Part shown: positions 36,438-50,700 of the stretch, piece by piece
How the letters are laid out: the number at the start of each line of letters is the position of its first letter
Numbering within the stretch: the first letter of the stretch is position 1
From: Leucoraja ocellata
Lineage: Eukaryota
Direction of reading: 5' to 3'
NCBI GenBank assembly: GCA_036785375.1
Contig: JAWMAR010000115.1
Coordinates: 4,712,001 to 4,776,000, forward strand
DNA length: 64,000 nt
Program-made: the position numbers and the translations under genes
The notes under the pieces: model-generated
What the model was told of the DNA's origin: nothing
The model's input: only the letters and a program-made list of their open reading frames with translations
Databases searched by the model: none

Positions 36438-38691
36438 GTAAATCACTATTTTTCTTTTATTTAAATCATTTTTTAGTTCTTTTTATCAACTGATTGTTGG
36501 CACTGGGTCTGAAATCTTGAATGTTTGTGCATCTTAGAAACACATTCAGCATTCCAGGACCCTCACGCTGCCCATTGACATGTTCTAGGACAGTCAGTTG
36601 AGACTTCGTTGATACTTCAATATTCTCTGAGTGGGTTCAGGACCCCTCCAGAGATCTGAGCACTGACATCCGAGCTGATGTCACAACGACAGATTGCAAA
36701 TGAGATTTCTGAACATCAATGTCTAGCTGGCCCTTTATAATTAAGTGGAAAGCTGTACGTTTCAGACATTTGTATTCCATCATCACGTCCTTTGTCAGTG
36801 TGATCCACCAGAGTCATCGTTTAATTGTGATGTTTCCAATTATCACAGGGCACCGTGATGGAAAATCACCCTCCAACCAAGAGATAGATATGGTCAGTAC
36901 ATTCATTCCTTGTTTGAATATGGCCAGAGGGATCATTTTAGATGTGAATGCAAACAATCCAAAGGAAAAGGAGGACAGGGTGGATATTCTGAACTTTTTT
37001 CCCAGGATGGAAATACTGGAGGGTTTAGCCTTAAGATGGGTGTGGGGAGCGTTCGGGGGAGGGGTGGGGGGGGGGGGGGGGGGGGATGTGGGGTGCAAAG
37101 TTTAAAGGAGATGTGTGAGGCTACTTTTTTCACAAGAGTGTGGGTGCCACGAACGCGCTGACGAGGGTGGTGATGGGGGCAGATAGAATAGTGATATTCA
37201 AAAGAAATTTGGATAGGCAAAGGGATATGCAGATTATGGAGGGTTATAATGACAGGCAGTTAAAGGTTGGTCTTGGCATCATGTTTGGTAGTGCTTAAGG
37301 AAATGCACGGGGCAACTGTTTTACACAAGGGTGCTGAGTGCCGCTAATCTATTAACAAATATCACAAACACAAGCATGATTTAAAAGAAAAAATATGTTT
37401 CTCTCCAACATAGCAGTGTAGAATGTAGACTTTTGTGAACTGAATTCTTCGTTTTTCAATAACATAGAAAGCAGTTAAATAGCTTTTATATTTTGTTAAT
37501 GCTCTGATTTAACATTGCACCAAGCTTACAATGGATCAATGCTGTTCCTGACGAATGACTTACAAATCAGTACCAGTTTTCTTAATATTGATTCAACATC
37601 TGTATTCAGCGTCTGAAGATGTTCTGTCAAAGATTGCAGATGCATTAATCAAAATAAATGCACCATTGCAGGTGATGTTAGTGTCCTTACAGCTTGTATC
37701 TCTGAATTATAATTAGTAAAAGTAATGATTTAACTGAAACACAAAAATCCTAGTTATCAGCCAGATGTAAGAGTGCGAGAGAACTGGACTGTCAGAGGAT
37801 TGGACAGACACTACTATTTTGTCTGCTCTCTTAACAGATCACCTGACTCTGCTCAATGGGCTTTGTGGCCATTTCTGGGACTGACCTTGGCACAATGGGC
37901 TTTGTGACCATTTCTGGGACTACTGCGGGAAGGTTGTGCAAGGTTATGCTGCAGCAGGCTGGCACCTTCGCTGAGATTGTGCAGGAAGGAGCAGAATGGG
38001 AGTGGGATGAGGCTGCAAGGAAGCTGACGTGAAACTCAGACAAGACCAAAGAGCCAGACAGACAGGGGAAGGAAGAGTTTGTGTTGAATTCATAATTTGG
38101 CCAGGAGAAGGTTGAATGCACAATGGAGTTTAAGATCAAAGGGGACCTGCAGTTACTGCTGATAACATCCACTCAAGATCTACCTGAATGTGAATTATCT
38201 TAGCTACAAGACCACTGCCATTGGGAAGGATGAACTAATCTGTTACAAGAAGTTGTACCTCAAAGGACTGACAGAGATTGACCCTAAAGTTGATTTCCTC
38301 ACATTGCTATCACTGTGAATCATGGACAGAGTATCTCATCCTTAGGTAAATCTTGTTATATTGCTGTTTAATAATTTTGCAATAACGTGGTGGCGGCTTT
38401 TCTCATTCATCTCGAATAATTTATTTTCACTATTCATGGGAAGGTCTGAAAGACAATGGATCAGAGCACAACTCCTGGATTCAAAGAGATTGCAGACACT
38501 GTAATCTAGAGTAACAACCCATCTACTGGATGAAACCAGACAACACGACAACATGGCTGGGAAAAACCTGCGATTATTCTCAATCTAACTTTCAGTTTTG
38601 GCACCAGCTTCTCACTTTCATCATCAAGGTTTGTATGGAGACATCTCCTCTCAATCTCCATTCATTGGCCTCTTGTCTTGCAGGAGGCCAA

Positions 38692-41258
38692 TGAATGCAT
38701 TAGTGATAATTTTTCAAAACTCTTTAGATTCTGGAGTAGTTCCTGAGGATTGGAGGGTAGCTAATGTAACCCGCTTTTTAAAAAAAGGAGGGAGAGAGAA
38801 AACGGGGAATTACAGACCAGTTAATCTTAACCTTGGTTGTGGCAGTCAGTTATTAAAGATGGGATAGCAGCACATTTGGAAAGTGGTGAAATCATTGGAC
38901 AAAATCTGCATGGATTTACGAAAGGTATATCATGTCTGATGAACCTTATAGAATTTTTCGAGGATGTAACTAGTACAGTGGATGAGGGTGAACCAGTGGA
39001 TGTGTTATATCTGGACTTTCAGAAAGCTTTCTACAAGGTCCCACATAAGAGATTAGTATACAAACTTAAAGCACACGGTATTGGGGGTCCAGTATTGATG
39101 TGGATAGAGAACTGGCTAGCAAACAGGAAGCAAAGAATAGGAGTAAACGGGTTTTTTTCAGAATGGCAGGGAGTAACTAGTGGGGTACCGCAAGGCTCAG
39201 TGCTGGGACCCCAGCTATTTACAATATATATTAATGATTTGGATGANNNNNNNNNNNNNNNNNNNNNNNNNNNNNNNNNNNNNNNNNNNNNNNNNNNNNN
39301 NNNNNNNNNNNNNNNNNNNNNNNNNNNNNNNNNNNNNNNNNNNNNNNNNNNNNNNNNNNNNNNNNNNNNNNNNNNNNNAGACCGTAGTCTGAACGAAATT
39401 GCAGCAGTCATACATATAATACAATACAATAAAACAACAATAAACACATATTAACATCCATCACAGTGAGTCCACCCAGCATCTCCTCACTGTGATGGAG
39501 GCAAAAGTCTTAGGTCTGCAGTCTCTTCCCTCCTCTTCCCCCTCTGCGCTGGGGCGATACCCCCCCCCCTGGGCGATGTTAATAACAGTCCTGCGGCTCA
39601 AACACCGCGGCCAGGGGTGGTTGAAGCTGCCACCCACCAGTCCTGCAGACGCAGCCGCTGGCCTGCGGCCGAACCCCGGACTCAGGCCACCACCGCCAGA
39701 ACACCGTCCCAGCCACCCTCACGTGAGTACTGCGCCGTCTTCAGCCTCATGCTGGGCCGCCCCGAATTGGGCGCCGAACCTCCCCCGGACTGGGCCGCCC
39801 CGACATGGGCGTCGATTCTCCCCCGGACCGGGCCGCCCCGGCTTGGGCGTCGCTTCTTCCCCGGGCTGGGCTGCCCCGACTTGGGCGCCGAACCTCCCTC
39901 TGGCTGCCAGCGCCGCACCTTCCCGAGCTCGGCCGCTCCGACGGGAGCCTCGTTCCACCCTCGGGCTGGCCGTCCTCACGGGAGCGTCCCAACCTCTACC
40001 AGCCCTGAGCCGGACCACCCTCACGGGAGCGAGCTCAGGGCGAGTCCTGACGGTGCACTGCCTCTGGAGCCTCGAGGTCGTCAGCTCCATTAGGCCTCAG
40101 CACAGACGGAGGCAGAGAAGGGGAATACGACAAAAAGGTCGTATTCCCCCGCAGGGAGAGACTGCAAACCCCGTTTCAACCCCCCCCCCCCCCAAAAACA
40201 CAAACTAAAACCAAAAAACTAGACTAACCAAACAAAATAAACAACATAAAAAACACAAAACAACGGGACTGCCGGTAAGCCGCTGCAGCCAGAGCCGCGC
40301 ACGCCACTCCGAACATCTCCAAGTATGCGGATGACACAAAGCTGGGAGGCAGTGTTAGCTGTGCGGAGGATGCTAGGAGGCTGCAAGGTAACTTGGATAG
40401 GCTGGGTGAGTGGGCAAATGCATGGCAGATGCAGTATAATGTGGATAAATGTGAGGTTATCCACTTTGGTGGCAAAAACAGGAAAGTAGACTATTATTAA
40501 AATGGTGGCCGATTAGGAAATGGGGAGATGCAACGAGACCTGGATGTCATGGTACACCAGTCATTGAAAGTAGGCGTGCAGGTGCAGAAGGCAGTGAAGA
40601 ACGCGAATGGTATGTTATCATTCATAGCAAATGGATTTGAATATAGGAGCAGGGAGTATTGGAGCATTTGTATTGCATATTGGTGAGACCACACCTGGAG
40701 TATTGTGTACAGTTTTGGTCTCTAAATCTGAGGAAAGATATTCTTGCCATAGAGGGAGTACAGAGAACGTTCATCAAACTGAGTCCTGGGATGTCAGGAC
40801 TTTCATATAAAGAAAGACTGGATAGACTCGGCTTGTACTCGCTAGAATTTAGAAGATTGGGGGGGATCTTATAGAAACTTACAAAATTCTTAAGGGGTTG
40901 GACAGGCTGGATGCAGGAAGATTGTTCCCGATGTTGGGGAAGTCCAGGACAAGGGGTCACAGTTTAAGGATAAAGGGGGAAATCCTTTAGGACCGAGATG
41001 AGAAAAATATTTTTCACACAGAGAGTGGTGAATCTCTGGAACTCTCTGCCACAGAAGATAGTTGAGGCCAGTTCATGGGCTATATTTAGATGTGGCCCTT
41101 GTGGGTAAAGGGATCAGGGGGTATGCAGAGAAGGCAGGTTCAGGATACTGAGTTGGATGATCAGCCATGATCATATTGAATGTCGGTGCAGGCTCGAAGG
41201 GCCAAATGGCCTACTCCTTCACCTATTTTCTATGTTTCTATGTTTCTATGTTTCTATG
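38692..41258 (+). mobile_element. CR1 LINE (RT and 3' end), interrupted by a gap and a GC-rich element
   Basis: [37 protein letters not shown] and a (TTTCTATG)n tail. Confidence 0.92.
39378..40312 (-). mobile_element. GC-rich non-autonomous retroelement (SINE-like) with an internal tandem repeat of about 38 nt
   Basis: Inserted into the CR1 RT. A structurally similar element lies at about 63185-64000 (+). Unit ctgggccgccccgacttgggcgccgaacctcccccgga x4 at about 39752-39900. Confidence 0.6.
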
Positions 41259-44200
41259 TCTTGGTGAGTGGAGTACTGAGGTCACTCCTGCAGCAGATCT
41301 CCATTGGCAGCTTTGTGTGATATTTTCCAGGAGTTGGATTCATGGCCACAACCTCACACCAGATTGTGCAACAGATGTCCATGCCCCGTGTTGGGTTGGT
41401 CAAGCACCAAAACATTGATGAATTCCCCATCAACAAGCTCTTGTGGGTGGCAAGTGGTGCAGTAGATGGCTCGGTGGCTGGTAGAGCTGCTGCCTCAACA
41501 CACCAGAGACCGGGTTCAATCATGACCTCGGGTGCTGTCTGTGTGGAGTTTGCATGTTCTGCCTATGACCGCGTGGGTTTCAGAAACATTTCTGGAAATG
41601 ATTAAGGTTTGACTGAGCAAATTAATGAATCAAGCCTGCCGCAAAGGAAGTGGGTGTCATCCGAGATGTCCTATTTCTTTGGTAAATATGGTTTCTGTCC
41701 TGCAGTTGTAGATGGATCCCTCACACACATCTCCTCTGTGTCCAGTAGTTCTGCTCTCACTCCCGCTCAGTCCAGACAGAACCAGGACAAAGTTACCTTT
41801 CACTCCACCAGCCACCACATCCAACATTATTCTGATATTTCTGCTACCTTCAACGTGATCCCACCACCGGTCACATCTTCCCATCACCACCACTTTCAGC
41901 ACCTGGCTGCTGGAAAACACCGGCACCCGATACTGAGCTGTAGCCACAGTCATGTGAGCCACGGCTGTGTCCAATTCGCCAGAAATGGATCAACTCACCT
42001 GCACCTCAGCCTCCTCTTTATAAACCCAGGCAGTTCCAGCCAGAGGGATGGCGATGCTTTCCTTAAAGCAAGTGGGCATCTTAGATAGGATGAGCAAGAG
42101 GTTAAAGATGTCTCCAAATACTCCTGTCACCTAGTCTTTATTGGTCCAGAGGACACAGCTGGGGACTCCATCTGGGCCAGGTGCTTTCAGCGTGTTTGTG
42201 ATGATTCCATTTGCAAGGGAGTGGTCAAGGTGTATGAGGGGAAGTTTATAGTAAATGACAGAATAAAATCTGAAATACTAGAAGATAAGAATGCAAACAA
42301 CTGAATACTAGAAATGTAAGAGGCATGGGTGAAGTAGCTCACTACCTAAAATGATTACATTTGAACCTGAGTCCTGATGGCCACAATGTGCTGTGTTAAA
42401 AGCTGAGGCGATTTCCTTCCTTCACTTTGTGGAGCTACAAGGATGGCAGATGCTGGAATCTGGATTAAAGCACCAACTGCTAGAGTTGTTATCTTCTGGT
42501 TCAGGATCTCAGCCTAAAACGTGACAATCCCTCTCTCACCACAGATGCTGCTTGATCCGATGGGTTCCTCCAATAGTTTGTTTTTATTCCTTTGTTATGT
42601 TGGGTTTCCATGGGAACAATGTGGGAAACATAAGAGGAGGCAGACTTGGGGAGGGAGAAGTAAAATCACCCTTGAAGCACCCTGCACAATCTTGACTACA
42701 ACCCTGACAGCAACAAACTACTTACGGACGTTGCAGTAATAATGTTGCACTAGATACTTTAGCTTGCACTATCATGGTCTGGTTTTCCTGCAATAATTAA
42801 TAATATTATAGGGACAGCAGTTCGCAGGACGACCAAAATGACGGCAATGGCTGCAACAGGCCTTTGTGGCCAGCTATAGCTGGGACTGCAAAATGGTGCC
42901 AAAATGTTGCCCCTTGCATTTGGTCTCAGGGGGCTATTGTGAACATTCTGTACTTACTGGGGGATTGTGCTCATATCCGGAGATAGTCTTACTGAGCTGT
43001 ATGTTAAAAAAAAGTATTTCACTGTACCTTGGTACACGTGATAATAAAGAAACCATTGAACCAGTGACCTTATTATAGATTTATTTGTGTGATTGTTATG
43101 TTTAATGTGTCTATAAAGCAGCAGCAAGTAAGATTTTCATTGTTTTGGTCTGGTCATATAACATTTAAACATTCCCGACTTTTGGTAATTCAGTTAGTAA
43201 CCCATCGTAAACATTAGTTGTCAGGAGGAGATGCCAGAGCCACAGACTGAAGCATCGCACCACAACCGAATGGGAAGTTTGGGGTTTCCCACAATGTGTT
43301 TGCCAGCTTCCTATCGGTGGGCTAGTGGTGAAAATCAGAAGTCTATTGAGTTGATCACATCCACTCTGTGTGATGCACTGTGGTGAATGGAATTCAAGAG
43401 CAGGTGCCATGTGAAGTGCAGAACTACTATTCATGTCATTTATTCCCATTCTGTTCTCCTGTTGATGGCACAGCCTCAGCCTTTGAAATGGTTGGAGAAC
43501 ACTTTGGGCCTGGGCTGTTTTCTCACATCTTGGAGGAATGCGAGGTTAATGTGCCAAAGGTCATAGGGTGTTTCTGGGTTATAGTTTTAGCCAGTGATTT
43601 GCCACATGTACACAAACCATAGCATAAAAGAATGGGTCAGGCAGCATCTCTGGAGAACATGCATAGGTGATGTTTCAGTCGGGGTCTTTCCTCAGAGTTA
43701 GGTAGCAGAATTAATCCAAGGATAAATCCCGACCAAATATATTAATTTAAATTCCCCTAGTTTTGACAAACTGACCTCACTTCAGGTCATATGATGAACC
43801 GTAAAGCAGCCGATGTTGGTTTTAGAGTCACAGCTTGGGCAGTTTGCTGCAGGATAATGAATAATGTGGTTCATCACAGACCGTGACATGGTGAGAATTA
43901 CAGTACGTGACCTTAGAAAAGAGCAGTTATTGTTCAGCATGGGTTTTGTAGTTATAGTTTAACTTTTAAACATATCAGTGACTGAACACTTATGTTTCAG
44001 AGATGCTTGAATTTGTTTTTAATTTTAATTTAAAACTGATGAAAAGGGTGTCGTGTTTGGATTGGAAATCAGTTACTGGTGTGGTCTCAGTGGGATCAAC
44101 TATTTACACTGAACATTAACAGTGCACTGTAGATACATGTGTAAATGACTCATATGTTATGGATGAGGACACCAACAGTAAGTAAAGCATGGGTCGCGGA

Positions 44201-45711
44201 TCTGGGGATGGGGGCCGCAGCCCCTCCACATTTTTGGGGAGAGACGATTCATAACCCGAAATTATCCCGCCCGCAGGTGTATTTTTCTCGTCTTCTGAGG
44301 ACCTCCGACATCCAGAATCACAGAACAAGTGCAATGATCATTGTTCTTGAGGGAAGGGCACATCTTTAGGTGTTGGGTGATTATTGTCCTGTACTGCAGT
44401 ACAGTGCTAATATCAGTTTTACATGCTATCCAATCAAATCAGATACTACTATAAAATAAAACAATCAAGCCAAATTCAAGTACAATAAGAAGAAAAGAGG
44501 GTTAAAACATTGGGGCGATTATATTGAATGATAGTAGGTCCTCCTCTGTGACCAACACACAAAGACTTGCCACTCTCCGGTGCCATCTTGCATCTCTATG
44601 ATTCCAGAGGGCAGTCAGAGTTAACTACTTTGTGTGGATCACGACCCCCTTTTAAGACTCTTCTCTGGCTATCGGATTTTACCCTTTTTTGGTTCAATGA
44701 ATATGTGCGACATTTCACACTGATGGAATCTCCATTAAAAATTGTGAAATGAGCAAAGATACCTTGCAAGCAGCAACACTAGACTTTAGACATAGAGACA
44801 CTCAATACAGGAAACCCGCGAGGTTCCCATCGGCAGTTGCATCAGAATCTTGTAAATGTTACGTATTTGCTAGGGTGATCACTGGGAAGGGCATCAAACC
44901 CTCCCCATGATGGATAAGCAGCGCTAAATCCAGCTCAACTCTTCCTGTTAACCCACCAGCCCTATCTGGACTTACGGAATGACAACACAGGTTTATTAAT
45001 TACCATCCACAGGGCCCACGTGAAGCCTCCGAAGCCTCGCGTGTGTGTAAGTGTTCGCATGCGCATGCGGCCGCCAAGACATTGTGTCCCCCCTCCCCCC
45101 CCCCCCTCAGTCCTCCGGTCCCCCCCATGTTTTGATAGCTATTTCCGTGCCTGGTGAATGACCAATATACTGTGCACTTCTTACCCAGGCACGTGCCGTG
45201 AGTAATTACTCAGGGTCTGCAGTCAGTCGGCTTTTAAAAAAATCTTAAACTTTGCATGTGTAGATTGCTCACCTCTCCGTAAAAATAAAAAATAAAAATA
45301 AAGAAAGTAACAATTCAATTTGTCCAAGGCTTCCAAATCCCCTTCATTCTGAATGACTGAATAGGTGAGGGGTGGAGGGTGACGGCAGGTGGAGAGATGG
45401 TGAGAAAAACAGGAGCACACCGGGACAAGTTGAATCAGTTGTGATCTTATTGAATGACAATACTAGTTCAAGGGACCTATTGGGGGTGAGTTCCATGTGG
45501 GGAGTCTGGCCATGGGTAAAGTTGCGGGGAGGGCAGCAGTGTTGAGAAGAAGGGGGTCGGGGATCATGCCAGTAACCCACTCACTCACCGCTGCCATGGC
45601 GCTCCGGGCGCAGAGCCACCGCATTGTGGCAGGGAAGGGAAGTAGCTTGTGTGGCTGCGAGTGGCTGCCGAGACCTCAGCGCCTTCTGCTGATCGGCTCA
45701 CCTCTGCCAGT

Positions 45712-45879
45712 CTCTCATACACTCACACTCATACATTCACACTCAAACTCACACTCACACATACACTCACACATACACTCACACATACACTTACACATAC
45801 AATCACACCCTACACTCACACACACATATACACTCACATACACTCACATACAGTCACACACATTCACACACACAGATAT

Positions 45880-45918
<39 letters not shown>

Positions 45919-46385
45919 CGCATATACTCTCTCACACACACACACATGTACACACTAAAAACTCACACTCATACATACACTCACACATACACTCAAACAT
46001 ACACTCACACATACACTTACACATANNNNNNNNNNNNNNNNNNNNNNNNNNNNNNNNNNNNNNNNNNNNNNNNNNNNNNNNNNNNNNNNNNNNNNNNNNN
46101 NNNNNNNNNNNNNNNNNNNNNNNNNNNNNNNNNNNNNNNNNNNNNNNNNNNNNNNNNNNNNNNNNNNNNNNNNNNNNNNNNNNNNNNNNNNNNNNNNNNN
46201 NNNNNNNNNNNNNNNNNNNNNNNNNNNNNNNNCAAACGCAGACACACAGACACACATTCACACAGACACACACACACAGACACACACTTACATAGACACA
46301 CAGACACTCACACACACAGAAACTCACACACAGACATACACACACACAGACACTCACACACACACTCACACAAACACTCACATAC
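45712..46385. repeat. Degenerate (CA)n microsatellite spanning an assembly gap
   Basis: CA-rich low-complexity sequence with an N run at about 46026-46232. Confidence 0.95.
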
Positions 46386-47754
46386 CATATATATGACAGT
46401 AAACTTTCTTGAATTTGCTCACACGACCTCTGCACTCATCGGAAATTTACGCAATCAGCGAGACCTGTCCACCAAGCGGAAAGCACGAAATGAGAGGGAC
46501 TTTTGGAGTAAACACTGTCGGACCTAATAACCCATTTATTCCTTCCAAACAGAGTTCCATATAAAGCACATAACCACATAAACCACATAAACCACATAAA
46601 AGGTAGACTCACATTTCAGTAGACTCACAATGCTCTGTAGATTCACAGCAGAATGAGTGTCGTGGCCCTTCCCTCGCGATCTTGCAGAGAGACTGAGTAC
46701 GTCCAGGCAACCGGGTTTTTATAGTCCTGCCCCCTCCCCCTCCCCCCCCCGCTTCAATCGTGAATTTACTGAGCTAAAAAATGCATTGGATGTGTTTTGA
46801 CGTAACCTCGTCATTTTAAAGGTTTTTGGAAGGAAGCAAAATGTCTACGACTATGGGAAATTAGATCATTTACTGTTATGCACAGTTAATGTGTCAATGT
46901 TCTTGCATTGCAGCAAAGTTATTGATTTGGTTCACTTTGGTTTAAGTTAGTTTATTTCAGTTTAGAGATACAACAGGGAAATAGGCGCTTCGGGCCTCCA
47001 ATCCTCGCCGACCATAGGTCACCTGTAACTGGACACACTAGTTTTGTGTTATCACACTTCCTACTTCACTCCTTACACATTGCTGGGAACATATGGAGGC
47101 CAATTAAGCCACAACCCCACACAACTTTGGGATGTGGGAGAAAAAGAGGAGCACCCGGAGGAAATCCACTCGGTCATGGAGAGAATGTGTAAACTCCATA
47201 CAGATAGTACCCAAGGTCAGGATTGAACCTGGGTCTCTCGCCCCGTGAGGCAGCAGCTCTTCCAAATGTGCCACTGTGATATGGGTGGTTCATGGTGAAT
47301 TATTGGTTTAGGAGATGTGCTGGAATTGATAATAAAAATACCGTATTTTGTTTAGTAAGTCCAAGATTGAATGTAAGTTTCTCCTGAGTTCCCATTTTCT
47401 TCATTAAACCTTCAGCCACCATCTTCATAATCATCCAATTTTTCCGGCATCTTTCTCCAAGTCTAACCTCACAGATTGCACCAAGACCTTTGCAGTCTCA
47501 ACGAATAACTCACGTGACCTCTCAGTTATCCAAAGCAAATTTCTCTACTTGAAGCGATTTTGGTTTGTAATATCGTTTTCAGCTATTTGAGCCTACATTA
47601 TTCCCAAGTAAATACAATCAAAACCATTCCACTTGCATAGTGTTCAAGAAGGAACTGCAGATGCAGGAATAGTGATTATGTTTATTCATTGGTAGGCAAA
47701 AATGCTGGAGAAACTCAGCGGTGAGGCATCATCTATGGAGCGAAGGAAATAGCC

Positions 47755-47782
47755 GACGTTTCGGGTTGAGACCCTTCTTCAG
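47755..47782 (-). ncRNA. Minimal type-I hammerhead ribozyme core in a Penelope terminus
   Basis: Minus strand reads CUGAAGA-A-GGGU-CUCA-ACCC-GAAAC-GUC: conserved core, stem II and palindromic ACGU stem III. Confidence 0.6.
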
Positions 47783-50700
47783 ACTGATCTGAGGGTGGGA
47801 AGGGGGGGAGGGTGGGGGAGGGGGGGGGGGCGGGAAGAAGAAAGAAAGAGAATCAATAAGCAAAATGGGAGAGTGTGCTATTGCTTGCTGACAAACATAT
47901 ATCAATTGTCAAAGATAGAGCAGTGTTTTTGGCCACAAACGAAGGAAACGAACACGACTGTATAGAAGTATGTACTGGGGAGAGTGACAGGATTGTAGAT
48001 GTACCTTTGGAAGGACCAAATGTACAGGGACTGTAGGTGGATGGAACAAGGAAATATTATAATGGTGGGCAATCTGTCAAGATCTAAATAACCCAACTTG
48101 TTTGAGAAACTCAGTACAACTGCCTGAAATTTACTTTGTGTGTTGTCCTGATCTGAGCCATGATCAAGAGAGCAAATAGACCCCAGGTGAAAACCAGATT
48201 CAAAACACATATCCCTCCAACATCTCCCTCATTTGTGAGTGCCCACTGAATTAAGTGAGTGACTTTGTGAGTGCCCACATGCCCCCTGAAATCTGGTGTC
48301 TTGAGTAACCACGTACCACATGTAGTGACCCAATCTCATGAAAAAAAACTAGCACTGTCTGCAAACTGGTCCCTAACACATAAACACTGTCACACACTTC
48401 TTACATCAAACCCTACAACTCTCCACAGTGTTTATTAGCACCTCCCTTGGTTGTTTGTCTGAACAGATCTAAGCATGTAGATCTAAGATCTACATATAAA
48501 AATACTCATCCCTTAGTCTGCTGAAGCTGCTGGTCTTATAGTGGGTCACAACTGTATTACAGCCGGCATGTATTCTGGTTGAGCCCCAAATGTTGTGATG
48601 ACAACAGGCCTTCTTTTGCCACACTGTCAGTAGAAGCTCCCTGAACTCAAAGACATTTAGTTTATTTACTCTGATGAACAAAGAAAACAGCAAATGATTC
48701 ATTACAGTTTCAAAGGTGACAAAGACGTTGTTTACTTCAATATTTTGAGTCTGACAAATGGTTCAAATGAAAGACGTACTTGCAATGGAAGCACAATGTA
48801 ACTGACAAGATATTTCTTAACGTTCAGCCATGTTTGCTGGGTAAAAGTAATTAACTGTGGGCAGCACGGCAGTTAAGCGGTGGAGCTGCTGCTTCATAAT
48901 GCAAGAGACTCGTGTTCAAAGCTGATCTCGGGTGCTGCCTATGTGGCGTTTTTATATTCTCCTTTTGACTGAACGGGTTTCCTCCAAGTGCTTTGGTTCC
49001 CTCCCATATCCCAAAGATATGCTGGTTTGTAGATCAATTAGTCTCTTTTGAGTAAATTGCCCCAAACATGTAAGGAGCAGATGGGAAAATGGGATAACAA
49101 AGAACATTGATCAATAATCAGTGTGGACTCGATGGACCGAAGGGATTGGTTCAGTGAATTATCTCTAAAATAAAAAATGACTTCTGAGGTCAGAGAGTCC
49201 AGACATGCAGAATTGTGAGGACTGACAATTTGGGAACACAAAAATCCCAATTATTGAAGAATTAATCCTGTGGCCATGTTTGATGTGCTCAGTGACAAAA
49301 TAAGTCTGTTTTGGAAGCTTTCTTGATCTCATTAACCATAGTGAAATAAAAGCTCATTAAAAATGGCTGATGCTAGGTATGATGTGTTAACCTTACCATA
49401 TTGTCTTACTTTTGCTTGAAACATCAAATCAAATAAGATCGAGTAGAACAAGTTGTCCTACAACTTTAGGCTGTGCATGCCATACGCAAGAAGAAGAAGG
49501 CTGCAACATCTCATGGTCAAGTTGGTTTGCAAACCAACTCTCCCGAGCAGTCTCCTGCTGTGGGGCTGTGACTTGTGCTCTGCAGACAGCACAGTTTGTT
49601 TACAAAATTATCCTTTTCAATTCAAAACTAATTACTGCATGTAGCCTACATTTGAATTACATTTGAAAACTGTTTTTCATTTGTACTAATGCTTACTTAC
49701 CACAATAACTTAAAGAATAACTTTGTCGAACAACCTCTATAATGTGTTCACTGCATTGAACTGGGACTGGAGTTGGGGCTGCAGAAAGGCAGGGAGCAGT
49801 AGGGGGAGGAGTGGGGTTCAAGCGTTGAATGGTGGACCTCAGTCACCATGGCAACGGGTTCATGTGAGAAACTGAATCATTTAACTATTGCAAAAGTATG
49901 TGGCTTTTATTTCCTTTAAAAATATATTGGGTAATATTCCTGAAAGCATAAACATTATCTTTATTAATTTAAGTGTGTCCAACTGAGCTGGTCCAAGGCA
50001 TGTTTTGGGGTCAGTGACATTCCAATAAGTTTGGGTAGAATTTGGATAAATGCAGTTTTGAAACTCTTTGATATTGGGCGTTGTTTTCTTTGAACTGCCG
50101 ATTACATACAAAGCTGAAAAAATTGACCGCACAGTTCAATCATTATTTGCTCTTTGCTTTTAACATAACAGTGAACAGCCAAACTTTCACGGCTTTTGCA
50201 AATGACCCATGTGATATTCCACTTATATCAATGTCACTTCATCAACCACACAGTTACTGTTCTTTCTCAGAAATCTATTTACGGCAAAATCGCACTGAAC
50301 AAACATCCTTACCTGCTCCTGAACATACTGGAGGGCGGGACCGTCTCACATGGCAGTTCAGAGCCAACCACATTGCTATGGGCCTGGAATCATGTGGATG
50401 TCAATTCAGGTGAGTTTTCCTCACCAGAAGGGCATTGTGATCTGGTTGGGTTTGCCAGCAATCTGGTGTCTTCACAATCACCATCATTGAATCTGGATTC
50501 ATGAAATAATTATTCATTTTTATTTCAATGCCTGAGATTCCAAAGCAATATTTGGATTCATATCTCCAGATCGAGAATCAAGCTCTCTTCATATTGAAGC
50601 ACCAGGACACTACACTGTTGTCTCTATAGACTCTCTATTATTTTCTCACTGAGCTGTGTTTTTCCAAGGTAATACTCTTTGCAAACTGGTGGATAAATTG

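Noticed and set aside
39492-40208. 238-aa Pro/Ala/Arg-rich ORF and overlapping ORFs
   Set aside because: Stop-poor GC-rich repeat element that is open in many frames, with no domain signature.
44133-44177. Possible phase 1-1 exon DTCVNDSYVMDEDTN with a GTAAGT donor
   Set aside because: The acceptor lacks a polypyrimidine tract and there is no motif or homology support.
45497-46527. His/Thr-rich long ORFs
   Set aside because: Translation of a (CA)n microsatellite and an N gap.
47583-47640. LHYSQV ITIM-like sequence followed by a stop
   Set aside because: It needs a phase-2 junction, which is incompatible with the phase-1 donor at 36438 unless there is an unseen exon. Likely chance.
50254-50504. 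ORF with SIYGKI, or a half Ig-like domain in another frame
   Set aside because: Sequence from about 50300 resembles an old SINE in reverse and the in-frame acceptor is weak. Kept only as a low-probability candidate terminal exon.
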